A DNA stretch of 64,000 nt from Podarcis muralis (Eukaryota): NCBI RefSeq assembly GCF_964188315.1, contig NC_135658.1, positions 79,980,001 through 80,044,000 on the forward strand, in the 5' to 3' direction. Position numbers and translations under genes: made by a program. The notes below the pieces were generated by a model, which was not told the origin of the DNA, searched no databases, and saw only the letters and a list, made by a program, of their open reading frames with translations. Every line of letters begins with the position of its first letter. Position 1 is the stretch's first letter. Below are positions 47,517-59,820 of this stretch, in pieces.

Positions 47517-47648
47517 NNNNNNNNNNNNNNNNNNNNNNNNNNNNNNNNNNNNNNNNNNNNNNNNNNNNNNNNNNNNNNNNNNNNNNNNNNNNNNNNNNNN
47601 NNNNNNNNNNNNNNNNNNNNNNNNNNNNNNNNNNNNNNNNNNNNNNNN
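47517..47648. other. Assembly gap
   Basis: N run. Confidence 0.99.
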
Positions 47649-49852
47649 CGGAGAACTGGCCCGCTGAATGGGAGTCAGCATGGGGCTGCTCTCCAAGCCT
47701 TGGCGCTGCCAAATTCCAGCAGAGCCCCTCACAATCAGTCCACACAGGCTTTGCTGCTTTCCCCACACTAAGAAAAGTGAGAAAAGAAAAGCGAAAATAC
47801 CAGCCACCGAGGTTAGCAGTTTGTTCCCAGATTAATGGCAAAACTCTGGAGGCTGGGTGGGTGGATGGATAGATTAGCTAGCTAGCGGCCGAGGCTCTGC
47901 GTTTTTTGGTCGCCTCTAAAAGACGCTGGGTGTTGTTGTTTTTTAGCTGGGGCAGGTTTTGTTGTCCTTCAAGGCGGGAAGGTAGCCAGAAAGAGGGCCC
48001 GGGGTTATGAAGAAACTTGGGGGGGGGAATATAGGCTTTCCATATCTCTCTTCTGTAGTTGTTCCCTTATCTCTTATTTACTTGAGAGTAGTCCCATTAG
48101 AATCCATAGGGCTGCTCCAAGAGCAATGCATTTAGGAACGGCTGTTCGGGGAAATAAAAGGGGGAGGGGTTTCAAAAATACCAACAAAAAAAACATAAAG
48201 AGGCATCCCAATATAGTCAAAAGTTGGACAAAAAGGATTGCAGATTGTATTTTAGATAGGACAGCGTTTTGTGAGAAGATAAGGCGATTCGCACGCCATT
48301 AAACTCAGTGGGAAAGTGGGACTGGCAGTCCAAGTGACTGTTTTGTTTAGAGCCCTGTTGCTTGTGGCTATAATGAGAAAAAGTGTCCATCGTCCAAGAC
48401 GCTCTTGCTAAGGATGGTTTTAGGGGTGTGGTTTTTTTGGAACTCTGCATGATGGTGTTCCTTCCTTAATGAACAGGTTTTTAAGTTGCTTGGTGAAGGA
48501 TTGTCGGACCTCCTGGGAATTCCTGCAGAGGATCACACAGAAAGCACCCATCCTTTGGGACGTCAACATTTTTTGAAGGGGTCCTGTTTAGAATTCTTTT
48601 ACTCCTGGTGCAAATCAGCTGCTAACCCATTCCACAGATTCCTAGGGATGGACGCCTGGCTTCCTAACCCATTTAATTCTACATTTGCCTAGCGATATCT
48701 GGATGTTTTCCTATGAACCTCCAGATACTACCAGAATATTTGCCTCTACATTTTAAGTCACAATGAGGTCCTCAGATAGCCATCCACTGTAAACGAGGGA
48801 AACCATTTGAAAAGTCAGCTTACTATAAGCGATTCAGGCGGTGGCGGGGAGGACCCGATATTCAAAATCTTTTGAGTGCTAGATTCACAATCCACGTAAG
48901 ACAACGTGCGTTTAGCTAACAGTGGGCTTCGATGCATTCAATTCTACTTAGAAGTGAGATTTATGGGGCTTACCCTCAGATAAGTGAGGACAGTACTGCA
49001 GGTGAAACCTGCTTTCAGACCAATCCTATGCATGCATTCACTCACTCAGAAGTATGGCTGCAGTCTTAACCCCACTTACCTGGGAGTAAGCCTCGTTGAA
49101 TTTAATAGGAATTACTTCTGCATATGCACAGTTAGTAAATCTCACTTAGTTCAATAGGACCGACTCCCAAGTCAATGTGCACATGGCTACAGCCTTTATT
49201 GGCAGCAGGCTGCCATTGGTATCAAAGGTCGGGATCCCAAAGAGCTGCTTTAGGCGTGTCTGGGGCCTTGGGGGAAGGTATTTTCTTCGAACAGCTGCTC
49301 TCGGTGCCACCTAGCAGACAGTTCTGGGAAACTGTTCCATTTGGTGGCCTGGAGGGCATGCGCGAGCTCCATAGGAGGAGTGCGTTTCTTTGGATCTCGC
49401 CCAATGCCTCTTCCACACAACACCTGCACAGAGCTTGAGCTCCATATATATTTTTGTTCCCTGCAAGTCTGGGATTCTGGAATTCAAGGGCTTAACTTTG
49501 CCAGTGCTGTAAGCAAAAGTGCAGGGCTCCCTCAACCGCACGCTTTTATCTTATTTTTCCTTCTTCCTTTTTGAGTACCAAATTCCTGAGATTACTTGAG
49601 TCTTCCTCACCTGCTTTTTTTTAACTTGCTTTGAATTGCTTCTTCTTTCTCGTTCAGGAGCAGCAGTGTGCCTAAGAGTTTCAAAGCTCAATGCAAGGAG
49701 TTTCGGCGGTTGCTAAACTCTTTGGAGTTTGTCTACACACAATTCATTGGAATTCAGTTCCAATGATTTCCATGGAGTTGCTCCCTAAATTAAGGGCGCT
49801 TGGGGTTAGCAGCCTTGGCCTTACAGTTGGGAGCCCGTTTTCCCTATCTCTT

Positions 49853-49945
49853 AGAATCACAGAATCCATAGTGTTGGGAGGAACTCCGAGGATCATCTAA
49901 TGCAGGAATATGCAGATGGTCCTTACAGGAATTGAACCTGTAACC
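49853..49945 (-). mobile_element. CR1-tailed SINE-like remnant
   Basis: tagaatcacagaatccatagtgttgggagg...gaggatcatcta (CR1 tail, reversed) followed by a reversed B-box-like ggaattgaacc. Confidence 0.5.
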
Positions 49946-52900
49946 ACCACGTTCTCGGAAACCTTTCTTGATTTGCTATTATTCTGTAGAAAATCAATTT
50001 TTCTGGCACACGACCTTCAGAATTTACCTCTCTCTTCCCCCCCCCACCCAAAAAAACAAAACAAACAAAACCTCCAGCAATTTAAAATCAAACGCTAACT
50101 AGCTGCTCTGCTAAACGGAGTTGTTTGGTGGGCATTTGTTCTCAAACTGCATTCATTTCAACGAGCCCAGTCAAAACCACGCAGCAGCAACCGCGGTAAG
50201 ACCTGCGAAAACTTTCCTTTGTTATGCAACGAAGGTGAACGCCAGCAATTGCTGGAGCTCTGGTGGCCAAGTTCCCGGGTCGTCCCGATCCACAGCCCCC
50301 AAATTGGCACGCTGCACTTCAGGAAAGTTACTTGGAAGACAGCCCTGCGATTGGATCTCCTTCCACGCCGTTGAGGACCATCGACTACTAGAGGGGAGAA
50401 TCCAAGGACTCCTCCCCCTCCTATGGTGCTATCCCCTGTGGCTGGAATCCTACACACACTTCCTCGGAAGTAAGACCCGGTGAACTAGATAGAACTTGTT
50501 TCTGAGTAAACCTGAGTAGACTGCACGAGTCCTAATGATTTCAGTAAAAGCGTTAATTAAACACGTGCTCAAATCGCTCCCACTAAAATCAATGGGGCTT
50601 ACGAATGCTTAATTTTGATGACATGTTAATGAGTTTTCAGCTCCCCCCTCGCATTTACACAACAATGCTGTTTACTTGGGAGTGAGGACCACTCCGTTCA
50701 ACGTGCCTTATCCCCAGGGGAAGAAAAAAAAAATATTTTCCCACTTCCTTGGGAGTAAGCCTCGTTGAACTCATTGGGGTTTACTTCTGAGCAGACATGC
50801 TCAGGACTTGGACATCGGAATCCAACGGCGGCGAATGTAAAGAGCGTACTGAAGTTTGGAAGTAAAAATAAAATTAAAAAGATGAGCTTTTATGTTAAAG
50901 ACACAAATAAACAAGCAAGTCCAAACTGCGAATTATTGCTACTTGAAACGATAGGTGCACAAAACCTTCCGTTCTCTACATGGTTCACAGAAACTATTCC
51001 ATCCCCGGCGCCTTTCTGGCAAATAAAGTTTCCACCCTGCCCCTCCCCCCGCCCCTCCCCCCCGCCACCTCTTTTTAGAAGTTGGATGTTCTATTTTCGA
51101 CCGTGTTGCTTCTTCCAACCATTCTCAGTGACAAGTCATGAGGATATGCAGTAATTCAGAAATTAGTGAAATTTTATTCTTGGTGGGGGCGTTGGATTAA
51201 GAGGCTGGGAGAGTGTGAAACAAGTCAACGTGTAATTGTATGATAAGGCTCTCACGAGGAATTTATTGGCCAAGTTGCTATTTCTATTCCTTCCTAATCT
51301 CGTTTAGCACATTCATTCTCTGCAATCTGTCTCCATAATCTTCTGTGACAGAATGGCAGCCAATGGAAGCATGCATGTTTGGAGAGAAGAGAAAATATGC
51401 AGAGGCGTGATAAACTGATGCTAATTATCCATATTTAGGACACCGAGTGCAGAAGATCAAGGTTTACAAATAACAAACCAGAGCCAGTGATGATGGCTTC
51501 CTAGTGTGGAATATATTGGAGGGGACAAGATAAGGGCTTCACATGCAGAAGAGATTTATTGGTCAAAGGGTTCACCTTCCACTTTTCCACTTTTATATAG
51601 CAGTAAATTATTTAGGCTAAATTCACCAGAACATTACTCTTTTATTTGGCAATGTGCCATGACTTGCTCCTTCTTTGTGTCTTTTCAATGCAAATCCTTG
51701 TAGTGTAACATCAGTTGATAAGAAACAAATAATTGAAGTAATAGGTAATTCCCTTTAAATTGTGCATATAGGACAGTGAGGTAATCATCATCTAATGGGA
51801 AAGGAGGGAGGGGGGAAAGGGGGCTGAGTCCGAAGGATAAAGCAGATAGCTGAGAGTGAACCAACACCAAATGTCGGCTGTTCGATGACATTGGTAGCAG
51901 CAGCAGCAACACAGGGGGAGGAGGAAGGGCATCTGGGTTGTGTATAAAAACAATTTTATGTTGTGACTTATTTCCAAAGATGTCTTTTCCTTTTTCATTT
52001 TTTATATAAAAATAGCTATTTTTCTCCCAAATTCCTGGAAAGAAAGGGGACACACACAAACACACACACCACATTTAAATTAGGAAGTTAACTCCAATTT
52101 TCTCCCCCTCCCCTAACTCTCCCTGCAAGTCAGCTGGCTGAAATAAATAATACAGGGATTCAATTTGGCAATATTTGTGCTGTATGGTTGAGAGGTTAGC
52201 AGTAGTGATCTTAGTACTTTGCGATAATTGTGTTGTACATTTTCCAAAATGCTTCAGCAACATGAGAATAGTGTTGGCTGGCAACGGGTTCATGGGTTTG
52301 TGTGAAGTTATTTGTTTAGACACACACACACCCACCCACACACACACACAATTCATTACATTCTTATGTGATGTCACTTGATATATTTCTCCCCACCCCC
52401 CAAGAAAAGTCTTTATCTCTGTAGAATCTAGCTAGCCTTTCACCCTTCAACTTGTATTATATATTTCTATTAAAATCATATGCCACCAGCTCGACTCCAA
52501 AATCTAATAGGGAATTTATAGTGGTTAATCTGGCATCATTTGGGTAATTTAAAAGGAATTGACTGGGGGGGGGGAGTTCTGCACCCTTCATCCCACTGAA
52601 GTGAATGGCACAACCCCCATTAATTATATTGACTCTAGGTTTAATTCTTAACGGTGTTTTAAGAAAGTCATCTGTATTTTGTTGGACATTTTTGAGGTGT
52701 GTTTTGAGGATTGCATCAGCTATTTTGTTTTGTGGGTGGAAAAAAAATTATTTCAGTCATAGATCTCAGTTTCTCTTTAATATCAGTGGCAGTACTAAAA
52801 CAGTTTTATGGCTAATTAGACTGTTGTATCCTTGAAGCCTTCACAAAGTTGCTATTTTTGCTGAGAAAAGTAAGCAAGTAACTTGTGCTGCTAGGACAAA

Positions 52901-53404
52901 AAAAGAAAAAAGTCAGAAAGAAAAGGAAAGTTGTGAGTATCCAAACTTAAGAGATTTGGAAGGCTCCTTTGGGGTAAATCTCACTGTGCGGAGTGATTAT
53001 ATTCCTTCCGCAACTATTGGGAAGGTTTGGCTCATATATCTACAGCTAGAATGCTAAAACCATTTCCTTTCTTGGCAATGATGGTGCGCAGCAGTTTTCA
53101 GACCACAGCCCCGTGCCTTAATTTCTTTCATTCTTCTTTTATTTTAAAAAAGTATCTGTTCACTTCAGTTTTCTTTTAAATGGCACATTTTAATGGGCTG
53201 CCATTGTTTTGAGGGAAGGGGAGGAAGAATATCTAAGCAAACCCCCATAAGGGACTCCTTCTAATCACTCACTACTCATCCTTGTCTCTGGCCTTGGAGC
53301 TCCTGGCTACACCATTGTCCTCAGCTTATTTTTGCTCTGGATTCTAAAATGAGCCATAATAGCACCCCAAACAATGAAACAAATGTGACTGAGCCTGTAG
53401 ATTC

Positions 53405-53570
53405 AGGCTGCATACACCACCACATATTTAAAGCACACTTTAAGCTTTCCCCACAGAATCTCCAGAGTTTATCTCCACAGCTACAGTTCTGTGTGCCCTT
53501 AACAAAACTACAGTCCCCAGGATTCTTTGGGGAAAGTCATGTGATTTAAATGTACAGTGTGCACGAAGCC
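53405..53570. mobile_element. PIF/Harbinger-like MITE
   Basis: ggctgcatacac...gtgtgcacgaagcc degenerate TIRs; family from recall only. Confidence 0.45.
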
Positions 53571-54011
53571 ATAGACTTCAAGTACGAACCCCTTGGAAGA
53601 AGTAGATGTTTGAATGGTTTATTCTAGAGCAAGGACGGGGAATTTATGGCCCTGTGGATGTTGCTGGACTGTCTCCCATCAGCCTCAGCCAAAATGGTCA
53701 ATAGTCAGTGTTGATGTCAGCTGTAGTCTAAGGACTTCTGGAGGGCCACAAATGTCATGATCTACATGTCGTCTCTCCAATGGTGCCGTTTCCAGGCAAG
53801 GAGGCTACACATTTCTTGGTAGAGTTGGGTTCCTGTAATCTGAGGTGAAATAAAGTATCCTCTGGCAGTGGAAGAGGATAAAAATAATGGGGAGAAGAGG
53901 TTATTGGTTGCATATCCCACTCCCCAAAACCCCAATCCATTATAGAACACCTCCTGCTATCCAAAATAATGTTTGTAGCAGCATCTACTTTTGCCTCTCT
54001 TTATGCTAGGC

Positions 54012-54266
54012 CAGAGGTCTGCAGACTTTTTCAGCAGGGGGCTGGTCCACTGTCCCTCAGATCTTGAGGGGGACTGGACTATATTTTGAAGAAGAAAAAA
54101 AAATGAACGAATTCCTATGCCCTACAAATAACCCAGAGATGCATTTTAAATAAAAGGGCACATTCTACTCATGTAAAAACACGCTGATTCCCGGACCATC
54201 TGCTGGCAGGATTGAGAAGGCAAATGGGCTGGATCCGGGCCCCGGGCCTTAGTTTGCCTACCCATG
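54012..54266. mobile_element. hAT (Charlie-like) MITE, 255 bp
   Basis: Ends cagaggtctgcagact / agtttgcctacccatg; 8-bp TSD tgctaggc/ggctaggc (7/8). Confidence 0.8.
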
Positions 54267-54369
54267 GGCTAGGCTAAAAAACAGAGCAGATAAATACCCA
54301 CTGGTTGCTTATTTAGCTGAGTACCACAATGGTCTCTTTCTACACAAAAGTCAAAGACCAGAAATTAAC

Positions 54370-55039
54370 TGTGAAAGCCAACAGTAATGAGGGCCTGCGC
54401 TCTGAAATATTATCTCCAGGTCATCAGGGCGGTGTTGGGTGGTCTATTAGGGTGAATATGACACAGCCCTGCCTGCCTTTTTTACTTACAACCACTTAAA
54501 GGGGGGCTTTCTGCCCCACCAGTCCCAAAGTGACCCTCTGCCACTGCAACTTGGACATCTTTGGTAATACAGGACCTTTGAGAGTCATGTCTGTGGGGTA
54601 TCCAGAAAGAGCACTCAAGTCCAACTTTAGAACGGGCACTCAGCAGAATGTGAATCCATCAGGGAGGACTTCCTCTCAACCCTGTGGGAGCCAGTTCCCC
54701 CTGGGTGCAGTTGGGTAGAGATGGGTCTCATTTACGGTATATAAGAAAGGCTGATCACGTCCCCATCTCTCTCTCTCTCTTGCTCCCATCTTGTCGCTTG
54801 CCATCATCATGCATCTTCTACTACTGTAAGCCTGCTTCCAGCTTGCTACTGTATGTGAACTATGAGTAAACTCTGTTTTATTCTAAGAAGGCTATTATTG
54901 TTTTGAGGGGGATAAAAGGAAAATCCAGTCTGCCCCAAGGCGTCCTGTATTGCTTTATCAAAATAAAGGCTGTAACCAGCTGAATCAACATCTTCCTAAT
55001 TTTGTTGCAAAAGGGGGCGGGGACTCGTTTAAACTCACA
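54370..55039 (+). mobile_element. Probable solo LTR
   Basis: tgtga...tcaca ends; TATA-like tatataag near 54739; AGTAAA and AATAAA downstream; no canonical TSD found. Confidence 0.5.
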
Positions 55040-55822
55040 AACATGTGTAAGGAAGGATGATACCTAGCTAATATATCCTCTCCTCATTTCTATACGCATC
55101 CCTACAATGTCTCCTTATTGTAATCAGCTTCCCTTTCATCATGCCATGTAACGTGAAACCTGAAGCCAGACCTAAAAACCCCCAAAGCGTTAAGCTCCCA
55201 CCTCTGAGGTTCTGAAGCCTATGAGAATGCTTTGCTGCCCTCAGGCATCCAGGCAGTAGAGGCTGTTCCATTAGGGTGGTTGGGGCCGCACCAACCTCAG
55301 CCTGGCATTACCTGCTGCCTTCTTACTTACAAGCAGCCCAGGAGGTAGCAGCGCCAATCATCTTCCTCCCCCTTCACCTCAGCTCCTTGCACAGCTGATC
55401 AGGGGAGCAGATAGGGACAAAACTAGAATGAGCTGGCACTACCTGCCATTGGCTCTGACTCTGCCTATGTTTGCTCTCCTTGACTCCTGGAGCTCTGGAA
55501 TAATGTGATAAAACTATTGTGCTCGTTTTTTGACTTGCATGAGGGTGAAAGACTTAAAGAGAAGCCAAAGGCACCGAACAACCAAGGTATTCATCACCTG
55601 ATAATTGCAGGGTGATCTGCTAAAATAACACGGCTACATACATTTTCATCCAGATCGACAATCTAGTTATGTCTTAATACAAGGAAGAATATCCATTGTT
55701 AGTTATATTCAATGTAGACCGGCTGAAATAAACAGACGTCTACGGATTTCAGTGGGTCTATTCTGGGTATAACTTATTTGGGCTATCACCCAATGACCCA
55801 AGCCTAATTAGCACCATAGTAT

Positions 55823-56402
55823 TGTTAAGGAAGGTAGGAGAGGATATATTGTTTTGCTATTATCCCTCCTCACTCGCGCCAGTGAGTAAACAGCAGAGCA
55901 ACTTATTGGAAGCAAGTTGATGATTTATTAGAATCCTTTAATTAAGCAATCCAGTCTGGATTGTCCCTGGTAAGTTTCCCCTTTATTTCCCTCTTATAAT
56001 AACACAACACAGTTTTCTTTAAAAGTAATAATAAAGTTTTGCTCAAGTTCAGTTCACAGCAATAATCCGAAGGCAGGCTTTATTTGTGGTTACAGTGAAA
56101 AGAAGTCTGAGCTACATCTCAGACCTTCTGTTTATGGGCTCCATCCTATGTGAAGGTTGAGCCATGCACTTGCTAAGAGCCAGGAGAGCGAGAGTCCAAG
56201 AGGAAGAGATGGTTGCATGGCCAGTCCTTTTATCTGGTCAGCTAGGGTCAAGCCCATCTACCTGATCACACACAGGAAGAGGAGGCTCCAGAGCAGGTAT
56301 GACAGGAAGTCCTCCCTGTCTGGAGCCACATCCCCCTGTGTGTCCATTCTAGGCAGCAGGAAAATGTTGTTCTTGACTGCTCTAGTAATAATACATCCCA
56401 CA
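55823..56402 (-). mobile_element. Solo LTR, 580 bp
   Basis: tgtt...caca termini; perfect 5-bp TSD agtat at 55818-55822 and 56403-56407; orientation inferred from tttatt signals. Confidence 0.8.
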
Positions 56403-56489
56403 AGTATATATCATATTTATATTGAGCCATAAATAATACATTTAAATTTTTTAAAATATTTGATCTTGTGATCTTTATATATTTATATA

Positions 56490-56940
56490 TTTATTTTTAT
56501 TTAAATTCATATACTGCCCTTCATCTGTAGATCTCAGGGCAGTTCACAACATAAAAATACAAAATAAAAAAATAAAAAAAGAACAAAATCAAACTAATAA
56601 CTCCCCCTCCCCCTAACAAGACATTTTAAAAGGTATTGGATATCTATCAGGCCAAGCCCTGGTTGAAGAGGAGTGTTTTTGCCTGGTGCCTAAAGGTGTA
56701 TAATAAAGGCACAAAACTAACCTCCCTTGGGAGAGCATTCCACAAGCAGGGAGCCACAACAGTAGAGGCTCCTTCTACTGTTGTTGCCCTCCAGACCTCT
56801 CATGGAGGAGACACACGAAGGGCCTCAAAGGATGATCTGAAGATCCAGATAGATTCATATTGAAAGAGGCGGCCCTTGAGGTATTGCAGTCCTGAGCCAT
56901 TTAATGCTTTATAGGTCAAAACCAACACTTTGAATTGTCT
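56490..56940 (-). mobile_element. L2 3' fragment
   Basis: Reverse-complemented L2 tail (atactgcccttcatctgtagatctcagggcagttcaca) and C-terminal coding remnant. Confidence 0.8.
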
Positions 56941-57470
56941 GAATTGCATCTTTCTTTTGCATAACAAATAGGATTTGTTGCACCAGAATCGTAGAGTTTT
57001 AAGGGACCATGAGGGTCATCTAGGCTACTGGTCAAACAGGTGCTGAATAACTAACTTTATTTCCTCATAATTTATCAGAAGCTGCTAATTTTACAGATTG
57101 TTAGGCATAGTCAAACAGTTTGGTCAGTGGATTCAAAAGGGATTAGCTTTGGTTAAAGAGGAAGGAAAGTTGTAAGGACCATGCTCAGCATATGAGCATG
57201 ATGCTTTCAAAGTATGTGATTGCGTATGGGCCTCTAGTGAATGATACATCCCTTTGTATAACCTACTTACTAGGAATCTCCCAACTCTCCACACTACTTA
57301 TTTACAAGGGTCAAGCAGCATGCAAACAACTTTCAGATCACCTCAGATACTTTGCTTCTCAAACTCACACCCAGCAGCCAGTCACAAAGGGCTGTTTCAT
57401 TGGTGTGTGTTCACCTTGCAATATGTCTCCCATCCAAATGTATAAACTGCTTCTACTGAAACACATTATA

Positions 57471-57685
57471 AAGTTGTACCTTGGTTTTTGAACAGCTTAG
57501 TTCTTGAACGTTTTGGCTCTCGAACATCGCAAACCCAGAAGTGAGTGTTCCGGTTTGAGAATTATTTTTGGAAGCCAAATGTCCGACGGGGATTCTGATT
57601 GGCAGGAGTTTCCTGCAGCCAATCAGAAGCCGCACTTTAGTTTTTGAACATTTCAGAAGTCAAACGGACTTCCAGGGTACGACTG
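57471..57685. mobile_element. Tc1/mariner-type MITE, family of 15946-16173, opposite orientation
   Basis: TA at both ends; ends aagttgtaccttgg / cagggtacgactg; internal ttctgattggc...gccaatcagaa hairpin. Confidence 0.75.
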
Positions 57686-57787
57686 TAGTGAGGTAAGAAG
57701 TGGTTCCATTTGTGTTAACTGATGCACACATGCAAGCCATCACTTGGTGCTACCATAGAATTAAGGATATTCACTGTGTGTATGCAA

Positions 57788-58145
57788 GGGACGTGGGTGG
57801 GGCTGTGGTCTAAACCACGGAGCCTAGGACTTGCTTATCAGAAGGTCGGCGGTTTGAATCCCTGTGAGAGGGTGAGCTCCCGTTGCTCGGTCCCTGCTCC
57901 TGCCAACCTTGCAGTTTGAAAGCACGTCAAAGTGCAAGCAGATAAATAATAGATACCTTCTGGTGGGAAGGTAAAGGGCGTTTCCGTGCGCTGCTCTGGT
58001 TCGCCAGAAACGGCTTAGTCATGCTGGCCACATGACCCAGAAGCTGTACGCTGGCTCCCTCGGCCAATAAAGCAAGATGAACGCCACAACCCCAGAGTAG
58101 TTAGTGACTGGACCTAACAGTCAGGGGTCCCTTTACCTTTACCTT
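57788..58145 (+). mobile_element. Sauria SINE, full length
   Basis: Head gggacgtgggtgg; (ACCTTT)n tail. Confidence 0.93.
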
Positions 58146-59820
58146 CCTACATGTATGTGTGGCATACCCCAGCCTCTCCTTTTAGCACCCCAAAATTATT
58201 TAGCAGGACTGACTTCCCAGCAGTTTATCAGCTAGGTAAAATCACCAGGACAGCATATATTAAAACATTTCCCATTGGACGCTTCTGATTGGAGGCTGCA
58301 ACTTAGGTTCTGCCATGTACTGTGCAATCTGGGGCAGGAGGACACATTCCAAGCTCTGTTGACAACATCCCTGTTAAACTGCACTGTTGTTAGCTTGAAT
58401 CATATGCCCGTCTTTTTGGGTCTCAAAGCATCAAGCTTAAATGTTTTGTCAGAAATGCTGGGAATTGCAGAAAGTGACAGGGATTTTGCCTTACAGCCGT
58501 GCTGTGGCTAGGAGCAGCTGGATTAGAACAAGGAACTATTTTGCCTATTAACTATTGACAGCAGTAATCTACCCAGGGAATGATCCCCATGACATACCTT
58601 TGTGTAGCCTTCCTTTAGCAGAGGTTTCTTGATCCAACTTCCAGACTGAAATATTATTTACCACAAAAAATAAGAATTAAAAAAAAAATTGGCACTGGCT
58701 TTTCGAAGCAACAGTCTCCAAATTACTCTTTGGTATCTCTCACGGCAGACATTCTTTCCAAATCCCTTATATTCCAGTTGTATTTACCTAAGCTAATGAG
58801 ATATCCCTGGTACAGCACAGTAATTACTCACCTGTGGCTTTGGCATGACACCAAACAACCTCCTCCCCTTCCCAGTGTTTTGGGGGGGATAGAAAAACTG
58901 ACTCTCCCTCTCCATGGTTTCAAGGCCTGCTTGGACTCACTTTCCCCCTCCTTCCCACAGAAAGGGATTTATCCTGAGGCTGTGTGGATTTGGATAAGGA
59001 AAGGAGAGGGACTTAACAGCTCTTCCAGGCTGCTTTACCCTGCTTTCTGGGAGATGTTTTCCTGCAATTTGGGCAACATGCCCCCTCCCACCCATACTTT
59101 GTCCATTCAGCTGCCTTCCATAGCATTTTAATTTTGTGACTGCATTGGTCAGCAGTTAAATGGAGGTGCAGAATATCAATGTTAGCGGTGTTGTTGAAGC
59201 CAATAAATTTGCTCAGAGCTGCATGTTTGCTTCCTTTTACTGCTGTGGTGACTGCAGTATCACATATTGGCCTGCATTCATTAAACTGTTTACACCGGAG
59301 TGACTCCCCACACATGCATGTTCATTGATAGTGATTCTCAACTAAAGGGGTGAATCACCTCCATTGAAAAGAAACATGGCTGGAGATCATGTTTAGTTAT
59401 ACAGAAGCTCTGTCTGCAGGGGAGAAGGGAATTAATACTGCGATGGCTCATTCACACATGTGGCTCATTCACACATGCAAGATCCTTTCATGTTGGAATC
59501 ATCTGGTGATGAAGAGGCAACTGTAAAAATCTGTCATCCTTTGATGAATCATCCTTGTCTTTGGTATCCTCAGGCAAGTGTCCCTTAACCAAGGGTGACT
59601 GATGCTAGCAACTTGGACAAGTAAACTCATTTCACCTAGAAGGCCATTCTTTCTCCCACTGACCTCCAAAACGTATCTACCCAGCTGTGCCCAGAAATCT
59701 TTTAAATGTGTACCAAGTACAGGTACTTGGAAACAAAACCTGGTCTACAACTGCTTTAGAATGAAGTGGGAATGAGGTGGCAAAATCTTGAAGTGGTAGA
59801 ATAGATTGTGCCACTTTAAA

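Noticed and set aside
51431-51441. SRF CArG box (ccatatttagg)
   Set aside because: Seven A/T bases lie between CC and GG, whereas the consensus needs six.
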